A model generated the notes under the pieces. That model ran no database searches, was not told the origin of the DNA, and saw only the letters and a program-made list of their open reading frames with translations. Positions 1 to 6,147 of a DNA stretch of 63,917 bases are shown here, piece after piece. The DNA is from an uncultured Gammaproteobacteria bacterium. GTDB taxonomy: Bacteria > Patescibacteriota > Patescibacteriia > Magasanikbacterales > GWA2-37-8. The translations under genes were made by a program, and so were the position numbers. Numbering within the stretch: position 1 is the stretch's first letter; each line of letters begins with the position of its first letter. The stretch is from positions 1 to 63,917 of the forward strand of contig CAZMYO010000007.1 in the NCBI GenBank assembly GCA_964570525.1. Reading direction: 5' to 3'.

Positions 1-121
1 TTAAAAATTTTTCTTTTCCCAAAAGCAGAATCGCCAACTGATTTTTTCGCCCAAAATTCAATACCAATTGGCCGCCGAGCGAAGCGAGACGAACCCTGTG
101 GATTTGACATTTCCCTTGTTG

Positions 122-192
122 TGGACCTGGCGAGAATCGAACTCGCGTTTCAGCAATGCGAATGCTATGTACTGCCACTGTACTACAGGCCC
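122..192 (-). tRNA. tRNA-Ala (anticodon CGC)
   Basis: The reverse complement folds as a cloverleaf. Acceptor GGGCCTG/CAGGTCC carries the G3:U70 Ala identity pair. Anticodon loop is TTCGCAT and T-arm is GCGAG-TTCGATT-CTCGC. No CCA is encoded. Confidence 0.85.
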
Positions 193-199
193 ATTATTA

Positions 200-271
200 G
201 TCGAAAGTTGAAAGTCCATAAAGTCTGTAAAGTCGAACTTTTGACTTTAGGGACTTTATGACTTTATAGAC
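200..271. repeat. AAAGTC short-repeat array forming a long imperfect hairpin (four GTCnnAAA-type units, then four inverted GACTTT units)
   Basis: gtcgaaagttgaaagtccataaagtctgtaaagtcgaa followed by cttttgactttagggactttatgactttatagac. It lies between two tRNA genes. Confidence 0.8.
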
Positions 272-280
272 TCCGTGTCG

Positions 281-352
281 TGCCCCCAGCACGAATCGAA
301 CGCACATCTGTCCCTTAGGATGGGAATGTTCTATCCATTGAACTATGGGGGC
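281..352 (-). tRNA. tRNA-Arg (anticodon CCT)
   Basis: The reverse complement has acceptor GCCCCCA/TGGGGGC, D-arm GTTC..GAAC, anticodon loop ATCCTAA and a TTCGATT T-loop. It is 72 nt with no encoded CCA. The T-stem has two G:U pairs. Confidence 0.8.
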
Positions 353-429
353 AGGATTCTCCGCATTGTATATAAAAAATTAGTTTCTGGCAAGCCCAGA
401 TCCTTGCTCATTTAGTATACTTATATTAC

Positions 430-535
430 ACTTGGGGGGCATTGTCCTCCCCTTACTAAGGGGAGGCTGGGAAGGGGTCTTAACGAAGACCTCCCCTCGC
501 CCCTCCTTGATAAGGAGGGGACAAATATAACCTGA
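430..535. repeat. GC-rich composite palindromic element (two CCTCC..GGAGG hairpins)
   Basis: cctccccttactaaggggagg and cccctccttgataaggagggg hairpins are separated by ~35 nt. Related elements occur at 14636-14705, 19035-19070, 20248-20270 and 29205-29257. Confidence 0.7.
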
Positions 536-543
536 CTACCTCT

Positions 544-1635
544 ATGCAACCTATCATACTTATTATACTAGCTATCTTGCTCGTTGTCGTCCTTGGCTTT
601 CTTGTTGCCCTCTACCAAAAACTTCAGCGCGCCGAACAGCCTAAACAAGGCGAGCAAAATCTATTTTTAATGATGCAAAATCAGATTCAGGAATTACAAA
701 GAGTTATTGACCAAAAAATTACCGATACCAACAAGGCGATGGGAGAAACTCAACAAAATCTGAATAAAACTATCCAAAACCAATTTGGCCAGAGCATGAA
801 AATTATTGCCGATGTAACGCAAGAGCTCACCAGCCTCAAAGAGACCAATAAGCAGGTGGTGGGTTTTACGGAACAGCTGCAAAATTTGCAAGATACCCTC
901 CAAAACTCCAAACAACGCGGAGTTCTGGGAGAATATTTTTTAGAGAATGTTTTAAAAAATGTATTTCCGGCGGGCAACTATCAAATGCAATACAAGTTCG
1001 ATGATGGTGACATTGTGGACGCGGTGGTATTCGTAAAAGACAAAATTATTCCCATCGATTCCAAGTTTAGTTTAGAAAACTATAACCGCGCCATTCAGGA
1101 GAAAGACCCGGCGCGTAAAGAAGAGCTGGAAAAAATGTTTAAATTGGATTTAAAAAAACGCATTGATGAAACCAGCAAATACATCAAACCCAAAGAAAAC
1201 ACCATGGATTTTGCCTTTATGTTCATTCCGGCCGAAGGCATTTACTATGATCTTATCATTAACCAAGAAGGCCCGCTTAAAACCAACACGCACGCTCTTA
1301 TTGAATACGCCTTTAAGGAAAAACGGGTTATTATTGTCTCGCCGACTTCGTTTCTCGCTTATCTCCAAACCGTAATGCAGGGGCTCCGCGCTTTACAAAT
1401 TGAGGATTCAGCCAAAGAAATTAGAAAGCGCGTGGAAGATTTGGGAAAACATATTGTGGCCTATGAAGAATATTACAAAAAACTGGGCGGCCATCTTTCT
1501 ACTACCGTGAACACATATAATCTGGCCTACAAAGAACTTGGCAAGATTGATAAGGATGTGGTGCGAATTACGGATGGCGAGAAGCGGATAGAACCGGTCC
1601 AAATTGAGCGGCCAAATCTTGAAGACGAGGACTAA
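544..1635 (+). CDS. rmuC: DNA recombination protein RmuC
   Basis: 363-aa ORF with an N-terminal TM helix, a Q/E/K-rich coiled coil and a C-terminal RmuC-type region (FMFIPAEGIYYDL, VIIVSPTSFLAYL). Confidence 0.85.
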   Translation: MQPIILIILAILLVVVLGFLVALYQKLQRAEQPKQGEQNLFLMMQNQIQELQRVIDQKITDTNKAMGETQQNLNKTIQNQFGQSMKIIADVTQELTSLKETNKQVVGFTEQLQNLQDTLQNSKQRGVLGEYFLENVLKNVFPAGNYQMQYKFDDGDIVDAVVFVKDKIIPIDSKFSLENYNRAIQEKDPARKEELEKMFKLDLKKRIDETSKYIKPKENTMDFAFMFIPAEGIYYDLIINQEGPLKTNTHALIEYAFKEKRVIIVSPTSFLAYLQTVMQGLRALQIEDSAKEIRKRVEDLGKHIVAYEEYYKKLGGHLSTTVNTYNLAYKELGKIDKDVVRITDGEKRIEPVQIERPNLEDED

Positions 1636-1664
1636 TTGACAAAAATTCAATCCAGTGCTATTTT
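1636..1664 (+). promoter_or_regulatory. sigma70-like promoter (TTGACA-N17-TATTTT)
   Basis: A consensus -35 starts directly after the rmuC stop. A -10-like hexamer lies 17 nt downstream, upstream of the 1709 orphan gene. Confidence 0.5.
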
Positions 1665-1708
1665 ATCACTACCCAATTTTGGGAAGACAACGAACGCAGG
1701 AGGAAACC

Positions 1709-2104
1709 GTGTCGACAAATAAATGGCTCAAAGCAGCCGAAAAGTATCGAATCAAGCAAGAAGACATCTCGGCAGAAAAGATCGCTCGCGCCCTCACAAA
1801 CTTCCTCAATAACGCAGAAGGTATGGCCGCTCTCGCGTTGCTAGCTGCAAGCAAACAGCAATTGTTCCTTGCCAGGAAATTCGATGCCAGGAAATCCGAT
1901 GTAACTGTAGAATATTACCTGACGGGAGATGGTCTTGTCGCAAGAGGGTTGTGCGGGGGCAGTGTGGACTCTACAGAAGCGGCGGCAAAAGCGGCGAATA
2001 TTGCTGAGATAGTTCATCAAAACCACGACACTGCCAACAAATTCCTCGAGGGTATACGCAAGCAGCTCAACAAGATCGCTGCCGCAGCGTTTAACGACGT
2101 ATAA
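1709..2104 (+). CDS. hypothetical protein (orphan; GTG start preferred over the ORF-track start at 1655)
   Basis: An in-frame GTG lies 5 nt after AGGAGG (caggaggaaaccGTG). The product is a 131-aa Ala-rich protein with no recognisable motif. A hairpin terminator follows. Confidence 0.6.
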   Translation: MSTNKWLKAAEKYRIKQEDISAEKIARALTNFLNNAEGMAALALLAASKQQLFLARKFDARKSDVTVEYYLTGDGLVARGLCGGSVDSTEAAAKAANIAEIVHQNHDTANKFLEGIRKQLNKIAAAAFNDV

Positions 2105-2123
2105 TGCGGCAACGCAAAATGAC

Positions 2124-2157
2124 GGCACCCCTCCTACGGGGTGCCATTCTTATTTCT
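2124..2157 (+). terminator. rho-independent terminator
   Basis: ggcacccc-tccta-cggggtgcc hairpin followed by attcttatttct. Confidence 0.7.
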
Positions 2158-2179
2158 GTGCCCTAACCGGCCCGGCCGC

Positions 2180-2208
2180 TTGACTTTTTCTCTAAAGTAA
2201 GTTAGTAT
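2180..2208 (+). promoter_or_regulatory. sigma70-like promoter (TTGACT-N17-TAGTAT) for rpsT
   Basis: Hexamers and spacing were read directly. It would give a ~150-nt leader before rpsT. Confidence 0.6.
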
Positions 2209-2236
2209 ATTCTCACTATAAACCGCTCTCATCCAT

Positions 2237-2326
2237 GTACGAAATACGAAAGCTGCTAAATCTACGAAAAAGTAACGATCGGATTAGTTGGATTTCGTAA
2301 TTTCGTATCGGTTCGTATATTCGTAC
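2237..2326 (+). repeat. TACGAAA heptamer array forming a long hairpin in the rpsT leader
   Basis: gtacgaaatacgaaag..tacgaaaaa on the left. The inverted tttcgtaatttcgtatcggttcgtatattcgtac is on the right. Confidence 0.7.
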
Positions 2327-2365
2327 ATACCAACGGAAATAATCTTACTACTAACTGCATCAGTT

Positions 2366-2626
2366 ATGCCCAATAAACAAGCTGGTAAAAAAGCTCTGCG
2401 CCAAAGTAAAAAACACGCGGCAGCCAACAAAATACGGCGCGACGCTTTTCGTGAAACCATCAAAAAAACCCTGAAAGCTGTTTCGCCCGACGAGGCCCTG
2501 AAATTCGCCCGTGAAGCGCAACAGGCCCTGGATAAAGCCGCCAAAGCCGGCACCATCAAAAAGAATACCGCGGCCCGAAGGCTTTCTCGCCTTATGAAAA
2601 AGGTCCACGCGATGACAAAAGCCTAA
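2366..2626 (+). CDS. rpsT: 30S ribosomal protein S20
   Basis: 86-aa basic protein MPNKQAGKKALRQSKKHAAANK...AARRLSRLMKKV. ATG at 2366 was chosen inside the longer track ORF 2288..2626. Confidence 0.9.
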   Translation: MPNKQAGKKALRQSKKHAAANKIRRDAFRETIKKTLKAVSPDEALKFAREAQQALDKAAKAGTIKKNTAARRLSRLMKKVHAMTKA

Positions 2627-2646
2627 AGAATAACTATCATAAAAAA

Positions 2647-2676
2647 CTCACCTTAAAGGGTGAATTTTTTATTTTG
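2647..2676 (+). terminator. rho-independent terminator
   Basis: ctcacc-ttaaa-gggtga hairpin followed by attttttatttt. Confidence 0.7.
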
Positions 2677-2716
2677 AATCGCGGGTCGTGCTGGTCAAAT
2701 CTTTTTTAAAAACTGG

Positions 2717-2754
2717 GATACACACCCCTACCCCTCTTTTTAGAGGGGAATTCG
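2717..2754. repeat. ACACnCCnACCCCTCTTTTTAGAGGGGA palindromic element, copy 1 of 3
   Basis: gatacacacccctacccctctttttagaggggaattcg. Near-identical copies occur at 29258-29294 and 49737-49774. Confidence 0.85.
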
Positions 2755-2766
2755 AATTGACCGGCG

Positions 2767-3729
2767 CTAAATACTCCCAACAAATAAATCGATCAGGAGT
2801 GACTGATCAGCCTGGCCGGTTTTTGTCTTAATATCAATATCAAGCAGGCGCTCGTACATTTGCTCAATTTTCCGGAGCGGATAGCGCTTGGCAATTGCCA
2901 TATTTTTTCTGGCCACAAACGGGTGGATGCCTAATTTTTTAGCCAGAATTTCACTGGAGACGGAGCCTTCCCGCTCCAGGGCATCGGCCATTTCCAAAAT
3001 AATTCTAAATTGCCATACCAGCAAACCAAACAAGCGCGACTCTTCTTCGCCCTGGCGGCGCTGTTCTTCTAATAATTTAAAGGCCAGCTTGTGGTTGCCG
3101 GCAACAATCGCGTCAACCATGTTAAAAGCATTGTCATCCACCTTCTCTTCCAAAAAAAGCTGGACAGCGGCAAAAGTAATAGCGCCGTTTCTCTGGTACG
3201 CAACTAGCTGATCGATGGTTGAATTTAAAAACCAGAGATCGTGTCCGCCGTTTTGGCAAAGATACGCGAGGGCTTGGTCTTCAATTTTTCCACCGCGCCC
3301 CTCGACTTCATTCTTTACCCAAGCCGATAATTTCGCTCCGGTAAGCGGGGCGAATTCCTGCGCGTACTTTTCTTTCGCCAAAATTCCTTGGAGCTCTTTG
3401 GCTTCTTTAACTTTACTCAAAGCCTCGCCCTGCCAAAAAATAATAATATTGCTCTCCGGCAGGCGATGGTTTTTAACGCGATCGGCAAGTTCTTGAAGCA
3501 GTTCTTTGTCGCTACTCGCTAAAACGTTATTCACAACCACCAAACGCCGCTCGGCCAAAAAAGGCGCGGCGACCATCTCACTCAAAATCCGCCCCGCTTT
3601 TTCTTTTTGCCCGTCTAGCAAAACCACGTTGTAGCCTTGCGGGTCGCGGTCGCGTTTGAACTTTTCAATAGATTGTCTAAGATACTGGCGGCTACGGAAA
3701 GTGTCGGCGCCGTGGAGAAAGATGATCAT
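2767..3729 (-). CDS. holA: DNA polymerase III delta subunit (HolA)
   Basis: 320-aa ORF beginning MIIFLHGADTFRSRQYL. Size and layout match clamp-loader delta. The call is by overall resemblance, not a strict motif. Confidence 0.7.
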   Translation of the reverse strand: MIIFLHGADTFRSRQYLRQSIEKFKRDRDPQGYNVVLLDGQKEKAGRILSEMVAAPFLAERRLVVVNNVLASSDKELLQELADRVKNHRLPESNIIIFWQGEALSKVKEAKELQGILAKEKYAQEFAPLTGAKLSAWVKNEVEGRGGKIEDQALAYLCQNGGHDLWFLNSTIDQLVAYQRNGAITFAAVQLFLEEKVDDNAFNMVDAIVAGNHKLAFKLLEEQRRQGEEESRLFGLLVWQFRIILEMADALEREGSVSSEILAKKLGIHPFVARKNMAIAKRYPLRKIEQMYERLLDIDIKTKTGQADQSLLIDLFVGSI

Positions 3730-3831
3730 AGCGTACTATAATATCTACTGTAGTCATTCTTACATCATAGTACTGTTTCGAGGGAGGAAAATCAACCCCG
3801 CACCAGACGCTTCATGTCGGTGCGTGGCGAG

Positions 3832-3886
3832 CTTAAAAAGAAAAGGCCCTCGAGCGAACGCACCGAAATGTGAACGCCCGAGGGCC
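3832..3886 (-). terminator. rho-independent terminator of the 3918..4151 orphan
   Basis: On the minus strand, GGCCCTCG...CGAGGGCC stem followed by TTTTCTTTTT. Confidence 0.65.
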
Positions 3887-3917
3887 CAAGTGACCAGACG
3901 AGAGAGTGCCGAGCGAC

Positions 3918-4151
3918 CTAGCTTTCCAGCTCCGCCACCCCCAGGAGGAAGAACCCGATGAAAATATGCGCGACCTCGTCGGATAGCAGAACCACGAAAG
4001 CGTTCTTCCCCGTGTTCCTTTGGGGAAGCAGGCTCCTGGCCAGCGCTTTTACTTTTCCCGGGTTATTATAGAGCACCAGACGTTCCTCCTCGGTGAGAAG
4101 GCCGCGGAGCATCTCCACAAAGCCAATTTCTGCTGGATTGCGATGTGCCAT
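3918..4151 (-). CDS. hypothetical small protein (77 aa, GC-rich orphan)
   Basis: ATG at 4151 lies 7 nt after AAGGAGG, giving MAHRNPAEIG.... The track ORF extends to 4211 without an SD site. Confidence 0.55.
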   Translation of the reverse strand: MAHRNPAEIGFVEMLRGLLTEEERLVLYNNPGKVKALARSLLPQRNTGKNAFVVLLSDEVAHIFIGFFLLGVAELES

Positions 4152-4258
4152 GGCAAACCCTCCTTTGTTAGAATAACATTCATTTATATTATATTTCAGG
4201 AGTTTTGTCAAGTGCTCGGCCTATGCTATACTTACGGCATATTTCTGTTTTTCAACCT

Positions 4259-5494
4259 ATGACTTCAGAACCACTCCACACCGATATTGCCATCCTCGGC
4301 GCCGGTATTGGCGGATTTGAAACTTTTCGCACGCTCGCGAAGCTCCTCAAAAGGCATGGCATCAATAAAACTATCACGATCATTGATCACAACGATTATT
4401 TTACCTTTACCCCGCTCCTCCATGAGGTAGCCTCCGGAGTAGTGGAGCCCAGCCACGCCGCCTTGCCGCTCCGAGAAATTATTTCCGGCACTCCGCATCG
4501 TTTTTTCAACGCTTCCGTTAAAAAAGTCTTTCCCGAAAAAAAACTTATTACCACCGATCGTGGCGATATCTCATACGATTATTGCGTAGTTGGAATCGGG
4601 AGCGGAGTAAATTATTATGGCCTTACGGGCGCGGAACAATTTTCCTTTAACGTCCGCACCCTGCCGGAGGCGACTCGTCTTCAAGAAGAGCTGGTGCGTA
4701 AACTGGAAAACAATGAAAAAAATATTGACCTGGTAGTGGTTGGCGGCGGCTTTAGCGGTGTTGAGGTGGCCGGACAGCTAGCCCACTTGGCTCGACACAG
4801 CCTAAAAAAACTCTACCCCCAATCCAGCCTTACCGTAAGCCTGGTCCAAAATGAGGCAACGCTTGTTTCTACGCTTCCCCCTCGAGCCCAACAACTAGTA
4901 ACCCGGCGGCTTAAAAAAATGAATGTGCGTATTTTTTTAAATAGCGCGGTAAAAGAAGTTACCGGCACAAACATCGCTTTGGCCGATGGCAAAACTATTC
5001 CGAGTACCATGACTATCTGGTGCGCCGGAGTTAAAAATGTCGGTGAATACATTTTAGACCCGAGTTATTGCGACCAGGGCCGGTTTCCGGTTACACAATA
5101 TTTGAATCAGGCTAAGGCCCCCGATCTTTACGGCGTCGGTGATATTATTCGCGGACAAAATATTGACAGCGCCATTCTTTACCCGCAATTAGGCGAGGCC
5201 GCTCATGCCGAGGGCAAATACGTGGCGCGCCACATTATCGCCAGCATAAGAAAGAAGAGTGTCGCTCCGTTTTATTTTAAATCCAAGGGGATGCTTATGC
5301 CGATTGGCGAACGCTATGGCGTGGCGGTAATTGGCCCCGTCGTATTCGGCGGCCTGTTTGCCTGGTGGCTTCGCCGCACGGCCTATCTTCTCTTTATGCC
5401 CGGACTGCTCTTGAAACTTAAAATTGTATTTGATTGGACATTGCGCTTGCTCGGCTTTAGGGATATAATGTACGTAGGAAAGAAACAAAGATAA
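4259..5494 (+). CDS. ndh: type II NADH dehydrogenase (NDH-2 family flavoprotein)
   Basis: Two dinucleotide-binding motifs (ILGAGIGGFE, VVVGGGFSGVE) and a C-terminal hydrophobic tail. ATG at 4259 (MTSEPLHTDIAILG) is preferred to the track start at 4205. Confidence 0.8.
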   Translation: MTSEPLHTDIAILGAGIGGFETFRTLAKLLKRHGINKTITIIDHNDYFTFTPLLHEVASGVVEPSHAALPLREIISGTPHRFFNASVKKVFPEKKLITTDRGDISYDYCVVGIGSGVNYYGLTGAEQFSFNVRTLPEATRLQEELVRKLENNEKNIDLVVVGGGFSGVEVAGQLAHLARHSLKKLYPQSSLTVSLVQNEATLVSTLPPRAQQLVTRRLKKMNVRIFLNSAVKEVTGTNIALADGKTIPSTMTIWCAGVKNVGEYILDPSYCDQGRFPVTQYLNQAKAPDLYGVGDIIRGQNIDSAILYPQLGEAAHAEGKYVARHIIASIRKKSVAPFYFKSKGMLMPIGERYGVAVIGPVVFGGLFAWWLRRTAYLLFMPGLLLKLKIVFDWTLRLLGFRDIMYVGKKQR

Positions 5495-5507
5495 TTTATT
5501 CTTAACA

Positions 5508-6089
5508 TTGCATTCTATGTGCAAAAGTTCGTGTGCTCACCCCACGATGAAAGCTGTCGGCCTTCTCGCTCTGCGACTGGCGATCGGTTTTATTTTCATC
5601 ATGATGGGTTACGGCAAACTTGGCCCCAACCACGCGGGTACGGTTGGGATGTTCACCAGCCTTAAATTCCCCGCACCGGCATTCTGGACCAACTTAGTAG
5701 GCGTAGCTGAACTCCTTGGCGGCGTCATGGTTCTCCTCGGCGTCTACGTGCGCTATGCGGCCACCTGGCTAGCGATAGTCATAATAGTGGCTTTGCTCTC
5801 GGTGCATTGGGGCGGCCCGCTATTTGGCTACTTCCTGCCGGTGGCGGTCTTAGGTGGGTGCCTGGCTCTTATGGGCGCGGGCGCCGGCCGTTGGCGGCTG
5901 GTAAAAACACAGTGCCATTGCCCCGGTTGCCAAGCGATGGCAGGTGATATGGGTGGCGGTTGCGGCGGGAGTTGTGGCGGAAGCTGTGGCGGGTCATGTG
6001 GCGCTCCAAAAATGCAGTGCGCTTGCAAATCCTGCTGTGGCGGCAATTGCGCCTGCGGCGGCCTGGGTGGCTGTGCCTGTTGCAAGTAA
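5508..6089 (+). CDS. DoxX-family membrane protein with a Cys/Gly-rich metallothionein-like C-terminal tail
   Basis: Four hydrophobic helices (LRLAIGFIFIMMGYGKL...). The tail is CHCPGCQAMAGDMGGGCGGSCGGSCGGSCGAPKMQCACKSCCGGNCACGGLGGCACCK. The start is uncertain (TTG 5508, ATG 5517 or ATG 5547). Confidence 0.7.
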   Translation: MHSMCKSSCAHPTMKAVGLLALRLAIGFIFIMMGYGKLGPNHAGTVGMFTSLKFPAPAFWTNLVGVAELLGGVMVLLGVYVRYAATWLAIVIIVALLSVHWGGPLFGYFLPVAVLGGCLALMGAGAGRWRLVKTQCHCPGCQAMAGDMGGGCGGSCGGSCGGSCGAPKMQCACKSCCGGNCACGGLGGCACCK

Positions 6090-6107
6090 TGGAAATTATT
6101 ACATACA

Positions 6108-6137
6108 AAAATCCTCCCGACATCGGGAGGATTTTTT
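6108..6137. terminator. bidirectional terminator between the DoxX-like gene and polA
   Basis: aaaaatcctcccgacatcgggaggatttttt: a perfect hairpin flanked by an A-run and a T-run. Confidence 0.8.
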
Positions 6138-6147
6138 AATCTCTGTG

